This document shows, one piece after another, positions 17,716 to 27,295 of a stretch of DNA of 50,450 nt. Both the position numbers and the translations under genes were made by a program. The notes beneath the pieces are model-generated. The model was not told where the DNA came from and searched no databases. It saw only the letters and a list, made by a program, of their open reading frames with translations. Location of the stretch: NCBI GenBank assembly GCA_949291575.1, contig CASEWH010000079.1, positions 1 through 50,450 on the forward strand. Reading direction: 5' to 3'. How positions within the stretch are numbered: the first letter of the stretch is position 1; each line of letters begins with the position of its first letter. The DNA is from an uncultured bacterium. GTDB lineage: Bacteria; Bacillota_I; Bacilli_A; RF39; UBA660.

Positions 17716-18900
17716 TTAAACTATCTCAGTAGGAAACGTCATCTTAGTCTGTGGCCCATTATCAAAATTAGGAGATACCACTACACCTAGAGAAGGTGTA
17801 GCTTGTTCTACTGCACTAACCGCTTCATCTATATTATTCATTGAATCTCCCTTAGTAAACAAATTATCAATAAAGATATTTTGATTTTCCAAATATTCTT
17901 TCAAATGTTTACTTGGCATATTTTGAACAGGCGCTTTACCAAAAGTTTTTTGATAAAGAATATGACTCTGAGGTTTATTATCATCATCTACATAAAACTC
18001 TACTACTTCATCAACTTCTCTATGAAATTTACCATATTCTTTACTGTAATATGCTTTAATATGAACCCCTAATTGAATATAACGATATATTGTATTAAGA
18101 AATTGATCTACATCAATATCACTTTCAAGAAGTGAATACATACGATAAGGAATAGCACTAGCTTTATCAGCATGGATAGTTGATAAAATATTATGTCCAG
18201 AACTTATCGAATTACGAACCGCTGTAACCGCTTCAGCACTACGAACCTCTGATAATAATATCCATTTAGGATTCTGACGCATACAAGTAACTAATACTTC
18301 TGAGTAACTAGCAACATTATTAGTTTTCATAGCAACTATATCACGATGTGGAAAGATTTTATCCAAATGAAGTTCCAAAGTATCCTCTATTGTAATAATC
18401 TTCTCACTTTCTTTAGTATGACTAGCTAAATACTTAACAAATTCTGTCTTACCTGAACCAGTCTCTCCACTTACCATAATATTACAATGTCCTTCAACAC
18501 ATTTCATTAAGATATCATGGATATTAGCAGTAAAATAATCTTCACTAAGTAACTTCTCACGATTTAGTCTAATCTTAGCAGGAGTTTTACGAATAACCAC
18601 AGCAATACCATTAGTAGCAATAGAATCATGAACAAAGTTAAGACGTAACTCAGTAGACTCTGCATCCAAAAATGGTTTAGCATTATTAAAGGTTGTACCC
18701 ATTACATTAGAACATTGAAAGGCTAACTTTTCAACAAAAGTATCATTTAACCCTTCAATTTCTACTCTTTTGGAACCTTCAGTTAAAGAACGAATCCAAA
18801 TTTGCCCATGGTTACAATAAGAAATATCTGTTATATCATCATTATCTATCAAAGGTTTAAATAATCCAAAATCTAACTTATCAAATATGGAATCGTTCAT
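17716..18900 (-). CDS. TadA/CpaF-type secretion ATPase (type II/IV secretion NTPase superfamily; VirB11 relative)
   Basis: Walker A VSGETGSGKTEF, Asp box IITIEDTLEL, Walker B WILLSEVR and His box STIHA in a 394-aa protein. It is followed by two T2SS-F-like membrane proteins, which favours TadA/CpaF over VirB11. Confidence 0.8.
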   Translation of the reverse strand: MNDSIFDKLDFGLFKPLIDNDDITDISYCNHGQIWIRSLTEGSKRVEIEGLNDTFVEKLAFQCSNVMGTTFNNAKPFLDAESTELRLNFVHDSIATNGIAVVIRKTPAKIRLNREKLLSEDYFTANIHDILMKCVEGHCNIMVSGETGSGKTEFVKYLASHTKESEKIITIEDTLELHLDKIFPHRDIVAMKTNNVASYSEVLVTCMRQNPKWILLSEVRSAEAVTAVRNSISSGHNILSTIHADKASAIPYRMYSLLESDIDVDQFLNTIYRYIQLGVHIKAYYSKEYGKFHREVDEVVEFYVDDDNKPQSHILYQKTFGKAPVQNMPSKHLKEYLENQNIFIDNLFTKGDSMNNIDEAVSAVEQATPSLGVVVSPNFDNGPQTKMTFPTEIV

Positions 18901-18916
18901 AATATCACCCTTTCTA

Positions 18917-19738
18917 TTATTGCTGTGTATATGATAAATCTTCTTCAGTCATAGCAGTAACGTTATTAATAAAGTTTCTTAAATCCTCACTAGATAATGT
19001 TACATCACCTGGCTCATCTTCTAAAGACTCTGCAGTAGGTACAGGAATAATTTCAGATTCATAAGCTCTTAAATATCCAGCTTTACGAAGTAATATATGA
19101 TATTCTTCTGGTACAGCAAAGATAATCTGTGCAGGTGCGGTTTTCTCATCAAGATTAGCAAAAACATTATTACCATTACTATCAAATACAGCAAGAACTT
19201 TAACATTAGATAGTAATTTACCAACCATAATTCTATCATCAGCAACAGAACCATCTGCCCCTTGAGCATTTTGAACTTTTAAGTATATGTCTATATAATT
19301 ACCAGGATAAATTGAATTACTATAAGTACTAGCCATATCAACATCTAAGTTATATAAGACATAGCCCTTAGGATAATCTAAAATTATACTATCAGGCAAT
19401 TGATCACGAGATACAACACATCTTTTATAGAAAAGACTTCCTTCAGGTATAACACTATCCCCATTAGCATACATATCAATAACATCTGCACTATTTGTAA
19501 TAATCTCATCAGTTACCATAGACTGAGGAATTTCCATAGTACTAATCATATCTTCAGTAATTTGTGTCCTAGCTTTAATTGTTTCTGTAGCATAAGGAAC
19601 AGTAACAGGTGTAATAGCTTGATTAATTCTCATATTATAACCAGCATAAAGAACAACTATAGCAAGAATAACTCCCACAACTGTAACTGTATTCTTATTA
19701 GTAAAGAATTTTTTTATTCCAATAACTAAATTATTCAT
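18917..19738 (-). CDS. CpaB/RcpC-like pilus assembly protein (SAF domain)
   Basis: N-terminal TM, a SAF-like segment (VTVPYATETIKARTQITEDMIS ... DSVIPEGSLFYKRCVV), then a beta-rich domain. It sits immediately upstream of the ATPase, as in cpa/tad loci. Confidence 0.6.
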   Translation of the reverse strand: MNNLVIGIKKFFTNKNTVTVVGVILAIVVLYAGYNMRINQAITPVTVPYATETIKARTQITEDMISTMEIPQSMVTDEIITNSADVIDMYANGDSVIPEGSLFYKRCVVSRDQLPDSIILDYPKGYVLYNLDVDMASTYSNSIYPGNYIDIYLKVQNAQGADGSVADDRIMVGKLLSNVKVLAVFDSNGNNVFANLDEKTAPAQIIFAVPEEYHILLRKAGYLRAYESEIIPVPTAESLEDEPGDVTLSSEDLRNFINNVTAMTEEDLSYTQQ

Positions 19739-19763
19739 CTTTTATGTCCTCCTTATTCTTTTA

Positions 19764-20222
19764 CTATTCAACATCACTATAATCTAACTCACCTGCTCTA
19801 GTCATATCTGTTACTAATTTATTTTCATAATAATTAGATTCCAAAATAACATCAACTTTATTTGTTAAGTCTAAAGCTTCTCCATTAACACTAGCAGCAG
19901 TTTCTGATTTAACAAAAATACTAACTTTAGGTGGTGTTTCATTTATATCATAAAATCCAATATCATAAGTTCTATTATTAGATACATTTTGAGCAAAACG
20001 TCTAATAAAACTCTCAACAAATTTCTCTTTATCAATTCTAAGTAGACCGCTTAAGCGGTAATAACCAACGTCTACTGCATCAGTCATTGCCGCTTCAGCT
20101 GTTTCTCTAAGTAAATAATAATCAAGTTCATTACCAGTTTGATAATTTTGAACTATATTAACAACACCAAAAGTAATAATAGCCAAAAGTATAATTCCAA
20201 CAACTAACATTGCTTTACTCAT
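19764..20222 (-). CDS. Membrane-anchored small protein, possible pseudopilin (TadF/TadG-like position)
   Basis: 152 aa with the N-terminal hydrophobic helix MSKAMLVVGIILLAIITFGVVNIV, then a soluble domain. Size and architecture match 15313-15771. No canonical prepilin cleavage motif. Confidence 0.4.
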   Translation of the reverse strand: MSKAMLVVGIILLAIITFGVVNIVQNYQTGNELDYYLLRETAEAAMTDAVDVGYYRLSGLLRIDKEKFVESFIRRFAQNVSNNRTYDIGFYDINETPPKVSIFVKSETAASVNGEALDLTNKVDVILESNYYENKLVTDMTRAGELDYSDVE

Positions 20223-20223
20223 A

Positions 20224-23025
20224 CTACCTAGCTCCTTTCAAGATAGCACTTTGTGCCATATATTCATTATAACAAGCGGTAGAAGTATCAATAGTATTAA
20301 CACAAGTACCATTATCTTCATTATTACATCCGATTACACCACTCTTTAATAATTCACTACTATTAAGAACTCTATGAAGTAGATAACTACGATAAACTGT
20401 AATACCACTTGTTTTATCATTACCTGCAGTTAATACTTCACTACTATCAGTACCAGTAGGTTGAGCATAACTATCATATTTATCATTATAGTTTCTAACT
20501 TTATTCATAGTTTCAGGAGTTAATCTAATATGATAATCTAAATATTCATCACCTTCATAAATACTATCACCTAAAGCTTGAATATTATTTAATGTTGTAA
20601 CTGGTTGAACTAAATAATCAGGATTTTCCAAATTAGTTGCAGCACAAGTCCAGTTAAATCCAATTTCTCTAGTATTATCAGCAACCTGTACAGCATCATT
20701 TCCTCTTAAACTCTCTACTTCATTTATTAAAAGAGAAGCATTTGTATTCTTATCATCTGCACTAGTAGGAGTAACAGAATTAGGGAATAAATTATCTAAA
20801 GCTACTGTCCTAAACTTATAATTAGTAGTAGGACTTTCACCTTCTTCTATCTCACTATCATCTATAGGAATATCAAAACCACCATCTGGATTATCTGGAT
20901 CATCAGGATCACTACCAGGAATAGTAGCAGGATCTCTATATAGTGCATAGAAACATTCTACATCAAAGTTCCATCCGAAGTAACCATAATTATCTATAGA
21001 ACCTCTAATATTCATATCAATAGAATCATTAATCTCTTTCTTCTCACTATCAGTTAAAGCATTAGGATCACCATCTTGATTAACTTTCCAGTTATACCAA
21101 GCAGTATTAACAGGAACTGAATTAAATTTAGTACAATATTCATTTCCAGCATAAGTATAGAAATCTTCATATCCAGGTTGAATTGAATGAACAGTTTGAC
21201 CTGTCTTATTATTAATCCATACACCAGGGAATGTTATAATATTATGATAATTCCAAGGATCATCCTCTCCATCTTCACAATCACCATCAGTAAGTATTAC
21301 CATATCAGGGAAATCCCCAGTTACATTAGTACTATTTAATTTTTGCTCAGAATTAAACTCTTCTTGCCAATCACTCTTATCAGTATCATTTTTACTATCA
21401 TTACCATCTAAATTATCAACAACGATTTGGTATTTAGTAGTTTCATTGTTACATGTAGCAGCACTACTTTCACAAGCATTTTTCTCCTTTAAATACTCTT
21501 CATATTCTTTATTATATTCCTCTTGAGCTTGCCATTGAGTTAAAACTGTATTAGTAGGATCACAATCCCATTGCCATTCGCATTCATCATTACATAAGGT
21601 ATTATCATAGTAAATTTCTTTTAATATTCCGTTATCATCAGCACGATAATAACCAGAATCACCATATGTTAAATCACCCTTATACATACTTATTGTTTTC
21701 TCTGTAGCTTCTACACTTCTGTAATAATAAGGACCTAAAGTACTACTACAAGGAGATTGCTTAATCCAATTATTACCATCATAATAACCACCAGGATATT
21801 GTTGTCTAAACTCATATAATTCCATAGCAGTAATTTCACCATCAGCTGCTTGATCCAAACTCTTACATTGAGAAGCCATCTTAGTAGCATCTAAGAAATT
21901 ATCACTTTCTCTATATAAAGGACTCATTGCAATAACTTCATCATGAGTTAAATTACTTTCACTAGTCTTTTTAGTACTACCTTTACCTTCATATACTTTA
22001 CTATAACACTTATCTATACATTTTTGAGTATATTTACCACCATCACAGTCTGATACACACATATCAAAGTCCTCATTAGGACCACCAGCATCATATGACT
22101 TGTTACCAGATTTACAAACAGGTGTAGGATAACATACTGATTTCATTGTAGGTTTTTTTCCTTGATATTGAGACTCACAAACTGTCTTAGATTTTATTTC
22201 TATCAAATATTGAAAACACATTCCTGCCTGAGTTGCCACTGGATCACTAAAATTAACCTCAACTTTCTCAGTACAAGTAACTTTACAATTATTAGAAGTA
22301 CTAGTATCAGTATGATAATACTTATGCATTGTATCATAATTATTGTTACTAAATGCATCACAAGTTAATGTATCAATATTAGTAACATCATCTACATATT
22401 GATAACCAGTAGTATCCATAGTTTCACCTGATGAACCACTAGATGAATTTATTAAATCTCTAAATTTTATAGCAGTAGCAATCCAACTTTCAAGTTGACC
22501 TCTTGTAAAACTACCATAAGTTTGTGTTTGAAAACATTGAGGAACAGCATTTCTCATCATCTCATCATTACCATAATTATTACGATAATTAACACAAAGA
22601 CTATCGTTATACAATGTATTAGTTGTTAAAGCACTCTCATTAAGTGATATTTTACCTACTTCTGTACCATTTGGAGCCATACACCCATGAGCAATCATAT
22701 CCATATTTTCACGTAAGGAAAATCTAACTACACCACCAGTAAAGACTTCTAATCTAATAGTTTGTCCTGGATAAAAATCCCCATTTGGTCGTGACCCAAC
22801 ACTATATTGATAAAGAAGTGGAACACTAGAATTATTAGTAAGTACAGCATAATTACCATCATAAGAAACATCTATTTTATCTATAATATTTCTAACATAG
22901 TACTCAGCAGAACAAGTATTATTATTAGCAGCCTCTACATTATCCATATTAGCTAACATAATTCCACTAATACTAGCAATTGCCACAAGTGGGACAAAAA
23001 GTAATCTAGACTTCTTTACTCTCAT
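20224..23025 (-). CDS. Large secreted cysteine-rich protein (adhesin / pilus-associated candidate)
   Basis: ATG 23025 follows RBS GAAGGTG. The signal peptide is RVKKSRLLFVPLVAIASISGIMLANMDNVEA. About 930 aa, 29 Cys by manual count, acidic Pro/Asp-rich linker (PGSDPDDPDNPDGG), no C-terminal sorting signal, no family recognised. Confidence 0.5.
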   Translation of the reverse strand: MRVKKSRLLFVPLVAIASISGIMLANMDNVEAANNNTCSAEYYVRNIIDKIDVSYDGNYAVLTNNSSVPLLYQYSVGSRPNGDFYPGQTIRLEVFTGGVVRFSLRENMDMIAHGCMAPNGTEVGKISLNESALTTNTLYNDSLCVNYRNNYGNDEMMRNAVPQCFQTQTYGSFTRGQLESWIATAIKFRDLINSSSGSSGETMDTTGYQYVDDVTNIDTLTCDAFSNNNYDTMHKYYHTDTSTSNNCKVTCTEKVEVNFSDPVATQAGMCFQYLIEIKSKTVCESQYQGKKPTMKSVCYPTPVCKSGNKSYDAGGPNEDFDMCVSDCDGGKYTQKCIDKCYSKVYEGKGSTKKTSESNLTHDEVIAMSPLYRESDNFLDATKMASQCKSLDQAADGEITAMELYEFRQQYPGGYYDGNNWIKQSPCSSTLGPYYYRSVEATEKTISMYKGDLTYGDSGYYRADDNGILKEIYYDNTLCNDECEWQWDCDPTNTVLTQWQAQEEYNKEYEEYLKEKNACESSAATCNNETTKYQIVVDNLDGNDSKNDTDKSDWQEEFNSEQKLNSTNVTGDFPDMVILTDGDCEDGEDDPWNYHNIITFPGVWINNKTGQTVHSIQPGYEDFYTYAGNEYCTKFNSVPVNTAWYNWKVNQDGDPNALTDSEKKEINDSIDMNIRGSIDNYGYFGWNFDVECFYALYRDPATIPGSDPDDPDNPDGGFDIPIDDSEIEEGESPTTNYKFRTVALDNLFPNSVTPTSADDKNTNASLLINEVESLRGNDAVQVADNTREIGFNWTCAATNLENPDYLVQPVTTLNNIQALGDSIYEGDEYLDYHIRLTPETMNKVRNYNDKYDSYAQPTGTDSSEVLTAGNDKTSGITVYRSYLLHRVLNSSELLKSGVIGCNNEDNGTCVNTIDTSTACYNEYMAQSAILKGAR

Positions 23026-23794
23026 TATTTTCACCTTCTTTCATTCTCTCTTCAATAACATTATAATTTTTATTTGTTTCAACCGTTGCATATTTCATAT
23101 CTTCACCCTCTCTTAATTTTCTAGCATCAACTCTAAATGAGTAACTAGTAGTTCCATAAAATCTTGTACATGTATAAAGTGTCAACAAATCATCATCTTT
23201 ATTAACATCAACATCAATATCAAACATACTCTCTTTTTTAGCTTTCTTTATAAATTCTTCTTGTTCTTCCTCTGTATAAGTATCATAGTAAGAAGAATAT
23301 TGACCTTCATCAACTAAAGATACACCAAACACTCTATATATAGAAGTCTCATTATCTTCATTAGTTATTGCAATGAATTGATTTTCTTTAACAAAATCTT
23401 CATATATAAAGTTCATAAGTTGTTCAAAATATGTCATTGTATCATCATCAGTTATCGGATTACTAGAAACATTTCTTATATTATGAGAAATAAATGTAAG
23501 ATGATTACTCTTATCATCAGGATAAGAATTAGTCCAAGCAAATTCATAATCTCTTCTTGATATATCCATAACATTATTTCTCTCTACTAAAGCCATATCT
23601 ATATTTGTTCCTTCAACTCTAATCCAACCAATAACATCATCTCCAAACTCCTTAGCTTCTTCTATATTTGAACTCTCATCTTTAATGGCAAAATTACTAG
23701 TATTACCACCATCTTTATACAAGAGTACAAGACATATAATTATAAGTATTATAACTATTATTAAAGCTAGATAAACCTTTCTTTTTTCCTTCAT
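23006..23794 (-). CDS. Class B-type sortase
   Basis: N-terminal TM; GWIRVEGTNIDMALV (the class B N-terminal signature); His in LTFISHNIR; catalytic TLYTC; Arg in SFRVDARKL. Confidence 0.8.
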   Translation of the reverse strand: MKEKRKVYLALIIVIILIIICLVLLYKDGGNTSNFAIKDESSNIEEAKEFGDDVIGWIRVEGTNIDMALVERNNVMDISRRDYEFAWTNSYPDDKSNHLTFISHNIRNVSSNPITDDDTMTYFEQLMNFIYEDFVKENQFIAITNEDNETSIYRVFGVSLVDEGQYSSYYDTYTEEEQEEFIKKAKKESMFDIDVDVNKDDDLLTLYTCTRFYGTTSYSFRVDARKLREGEDMKYATVETNKNYNVIEERMKEGENNESKEV

Positions 23795-23811
23795 AATTTA
23801 CTCCTTAACTA

Positions 23812-25629
23812 CTAATCATCTATTCTATAAGGACTAGACTCAGTACCATCTCCATTAGTAATATATACATCTTTATTTAAATAAGCTTTAACTTTAACAC
23901 CAGCAGTTATACCTTCATAAACATTCGAATAAGTAACAGTACCCAAAGATCTAACTACAGTTTTAACCTCTTCATTTTTAGAAGAATCTATTAACCAGTA
24001 ACCACCATCTTTTGATAAGGCCCCTTTAGCACTAAATATATCAAATGTAGAAGGTATACTAATTAATAAGTTATATGTTTTCTCATCATGTTTACCTTTA
24101 TAAGTTACTTTATTATTATAAATAGGAACAGTTATCTTTTTACTAGTAAATAAACTTGTATCTATATAACTAGTCATATTATTCTTTATTTGATAACCAA
24201 TATTACCTTCTTGATTAGGATTATAAACTTTAGTTTTTTGAGTATTTTGGTATCCTATAGTTATTTCATTATTATCATTCTTTAAAACAGATGTCATAAT
24301 AACTTCAGTAGTACCATCATCCATAATATCACTTATTCTAAATAGATAACCAGAATAACTAATAAATTCACCACTCTCTCTTTCATTAATTAAACTATTT
24401 TTTCTACCACTTTTATCATTTAAAAGTATATAAGGATCAGTATAACTACCATCACCCTCTAACACTGTTGTACTAGCTTTAAGTGTAACAGCAGGTACTA
24501 CATTTAATAGGTTATTACCATCACTTGTACTAAAACCATTAGGATAAATAGCATTACCAGTCATAGCCCAAGGTTTATTTTCTTCATTAAAATTAGCATA
24601 CCAACTTAAATTATCTTTATTTAAATAACTACTTCTGCCATCATAACTTCTATTATAGTCTTGAATTGATAAAATTCCAACTTTTCTTTTAGAAGTTTCC
24701 CTACTACATTCAGTAGTATTAAGATTATCAGAAGTTATAACATCATTACACCAAGTACTATTCTTGATAAGTTCCTGATATCTAGGTTCTAATAATCCAT
24801 AAAAGTAATCATTAAGCCAAGAATCTAAAGCACTATCTTCAAATTTACCATTAGTACTATAATCAACATTAGCAAGAGCATCATTACTAACAATAACAAC
24901 AGAATTATCATCATTAACTCTAACTATTCTAAATAACATATGATTAAACATTACATAATTATCGCTATCATTACCAACATAATAACCATTTTCTGTATTA
25001 TCATTAACAATCCTAGAAAGTCTCTCTTCTACTTTAACAGTTCTAGTAACCTCACTTTTATTATTTAAACTATCAGTAGCACTATAAGTAATCTCATAAG
25101 TACCAACAACTGAAGTATCAACTTTACCTTTTACACTAACTTTAGATACATCCATCTTTCCATCTGTATCATCTGTAACACTCTTAACCCCAGGATCAGT
25201 ATACTCTTCTCCTCTGCTAACAGTTACATCTGTATCACCATTTAATTCAATAACAGGACCTTCATGGTCAACATCAGATTCATACTTACCACATTTTAAA
25301 TAGGTATAATACCTATAATCCCCATCTTTTTTTACCGCTTTAACATTAGATTCCCTCAAATCACAAAGTTCATTACTATAAGGAATATAAAGCCCTTCTA
25401 AGTAATCTTGTTTTATTAAAGTATCTAAACTAACAGAAATAACTCTTCCTTCTTCTTTAGGCAAATATGAGTCATTAATCTCATAATAACGAATCCCTGC
25501 TGCATTAAAAGCTTTTTCATTATCATTAAAAACTTTTCTAGGATATAAAAATATAAACCAAATAAGAAGAATTATAATTACTACAACCAAAACCACACCT
25601 ACTATTTTAATAATTTTTTGTTTAGTCAT
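23812..25629 (-). CDS. Membrane-anchored surface protein with a bacterial Ig-like (DUF5011-type) domain
   Basis: N-terminal TM anchor and an Ig-like segment (GPVIELNGDTDVTVSRGEEYTDPGVKSVTDDTDG...GTYEITYSATDSLNNKSEVTRTVKV). Two further beta-rich modules end in GDGSYTDPY and GDGTESSPY. Confidence 0.55.
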   Translation of the reverse strand: MTKQKIIKIVGVVLVVVIIILLIWFIFLYPRKVFNDNEKAFNAAGIRYYEINDSYLPKEEGRVISVSLDTLIKQDYLEGLYIPYSNELCDLRESNVKAVKKDGDYRYYTYLKCGKYESDVDHEGPVIELNGDTDVTVSRGEEYTDPGVKSVTDDTDGKMDVSKVSVKGKVDTSVVGTYEITYSATDSLNNKSEVTRTVKVEERLSRIVNDNTENGYYVGNDSDNYVMFNHMLFRIVRVNDDNSVVIVSNDALANVDYSTNGKFEDSALDSWLNDYFYGLLEPRYQELIKNSTWCNDVITSDNLNTTECSRETSKRKVGILSIQDYNRSYDGRSSYLNKDNLSWYANFNEENKPWAMTGNAIYPNGFSTSDGNNLLNVVPAVTLKASTTVLEGDGSYTDPYILLNDKSGRKNSLINERESGEFISYSGYLFRISDIMDDGTTEVIMTSVLKNDNNEITIGYQNTQKTKVYNPNQEGNIGYQIKNNMTSYIDTSLFTSKKITVPIYNNKVTYKGKHDEKTYNLLISIPSTFDIFSAKGALSKDGGYWLIDSSKNEEVKTVVRSLGTVTYSNVYEGITAGVKVKAYLNKDVYITNGDGTESSPYRIDD

Positions 25630-25639
25630 AATATCCTCC

Positions 25640-27181
25640 TCAAATTAAATGATAGACATAACGTTTAGCTCTAAAAGTAAATATTAAATCAATATTGCTA
25701 TCAGAGCTTATATCACTAGGAATACTAAAATATGCATAATTACCATTATAATCATTAATAAGTGATGTCGCTTCCACTCTCTTGACTTTCCCATTATCAT
25801 CCTCATATCTAATTTTAGCATATATTGAAGAAAAGTCAACAAAACTTTGCCCTGTAAAGTTATTACTTACAAAAGAAAGTGTTAAAATCTTATTCTTACT
25901 AAGACTAAATGTTTCTGTTCTAATACCACAGCCATAACTATCACAACCGTATTTATTATAAGATGTCTCACTACCAAGAGTAGCATTAGTAACAGTAAGA
26001 GTATTATTATTTAATAGAGTCATCTTTTCATTTAAATTAGCAGTAGCAACTGTCTTAACATCTCGTACATCTTGAACATTTAATTTAGTTTTCTTAAGAA
26101 GTAAATTACTAGCAAGATCATGATAATATAAAACGTATTTACTAGGATCTAATGAAGCATCTACTTTATAAACTAAGATAAAGGTAACTTCATCTCCAGT
26201 ATCAAGTTTTTTCTCAGTATTATAACTACTACCTAAATCTTTAAAATTATCATAAAGTCTTCCTACATATTTAAATTGTTCACTTTTATTCATAACTCTA
26301 AATCTATCTATATTAATATTCCTTCTACTAGCATTATTTTTTACTGTTAAATTTAATACTAAGTATGCTGTATTATCATTAGAAACAATAGAAAAACCTT
26401 TACTATCTCTAGTAGTTAAATAACTACTATTAACAGTTATATCATAGTAATTAGCAGAAAAAGTATTTCCTTCCCTATAAGTTCTATGTAATATTCCAAA
26501 GTAATAATAAGTATAACCAGTAACAGAAGCAAAGAGAATTATTATGATAGTATTACAAATAAGTCGATGCTCTAAATAAACATATTTTACATTTCTAATA
26601 AACTTCTTAAAAGTTCTAGTTATCTTATCTTTATCAAATTCTATATTAACTTCAAATTCTTCTCTATCTTCTTCTTTTATATCTAAGTATTCTTCATCAT
26701 CTTTAAAGCCAAATTTCTTAAGGTCAATACCTAATAATCTAATTCCAAAGATTATAAAGACTATATATTGAGGCAAATATACCAAGTTTAATAAGTCTCT
26801 ACCTGCCATTATAGGTGTAATAGTAGAAAACTCATCATAACTATTAAAATAACTTCTAATAAACAATAAAATACCAAACATAAAAGCATACTCAAATACA
26901 GGAATTAAATATATCTTCCATGGTTTCTTTTTATAATGTAAAAGAACAATCAAAATTATACTTATAATAACTACTAGAAGTATGGAAATAAGTACAAAAA
27001 AGTTAATATGATCACTAATTGGCTCATAATAAGCATTATAACTTTCTGTATTTAAAAAATCAGCGACAAAACTTCTCAAAGCTATTACTTTATAGAAAAT
27101 ATAAGCACAAAGTAATATAAGTACTAAATGTATTCTCTGAAAGTACTGTATTAAAAGAGCATATGGTTTTCTAAGTATCAT
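25640..27181 (-). CDS. Polytopic membrane protein with extracytoplasmic beta-rich modules; first gene of the long operon
   Basis: About five hydrophobic helices in the first 230 aa, then two beta-rich repeats with a DUF4352-like pattern (LVLNLTVKNNASRRNINIDRFRV...). Function unknown. Confidence 0.45.
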   Translation of the reverse strand: MILRKPYALLIQYFQRIHLVLILLCAYIFYKVIALRSFVADFLNTESYNAYYEPISDHINFFVLISILLVVIISIILIVLLHYKKKPWKIYLIPVFEYAFMFGILLFIRSYFNSYDEFSTITPIMAGRDLLNLVYLPQYIVFIIFGIRLLGIDLKKFGFKDDEEYLDIKEEDREEFEVNIEFDKDKITRTFKKFIRNVKYVYLEHRLICNTIIIILFASVTGYTYYYFGILHRTYREGNTFSANYYDITVNSSYLTTRDSKGFSIVSNDNTAYLVLNLTVKNNASRRNINIDRFRVMNKSEQFKYVGRLYDNFKDLGSSYNTEKKLDTGDEVTFILVYKVDASLDPSKYVLYYHDLASNLLLKKTKLNVQDVRDVKTVATANLNEKMTLLNNNTLTVTNATLGSETSYNKYGCDSYGCGIRTETFSLSKNKILTLSFVSNNFTGQSFVDFSSIYAKIRYEDDNGKVKRVEATSLINDYNGNYAYFSIPSDISSDSNIDLIFTFRAKRYVYHLI

Positions 27182-27242
27182 AGGCTACACCCCTTTACTA
27201 TTATAAGTATAGACTAAATTTACCAATTTGAAAAGTAAAAAG

Positions 27243-27272
27243 TTGTTTTTATACTCTAAACAGTGCTATAAT
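27243..27272 (+). promoter_or_regulatory. Candidate promoter of the thioredoxin-like gene (divergent from the long operon)
   Basis: TTGTTT-N18-TATAAT with an extended -10 (TGCTATAAT). Confidence 0.4.
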
Positions 27273-27295
27273 ACTTAAGGAAAGTAGTGATAAAA

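Noticed and set aside
17716-18900. The secretion ATPase considered as a VirB11 component of the T4SS rather than TadA/CpaF
   Set aside because: This is not fully excluded, since the motifs are shared across the superfamily. However, the gene is followed by two T2SS-F-like platform proteins, is preceded by a CpaB-like gene, and lies near TadZ-, TadE- and Flp-like genes. Gram-positive T4SSs normally lack VirB11.
25640-27181. The 513-aa polytopic protein considered as the missing prepilin peptidase (strings AGRDLLNL and LGIDLKKFG faintly recall the two Asp motifs of A24 peptidases)
   Set aside because: Its size, its TM arrangement and the large extracytoplasmic beta-rich C-terminal half do not fit TadV/PilD enzymes. 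The resemblance is limited to two short strings.
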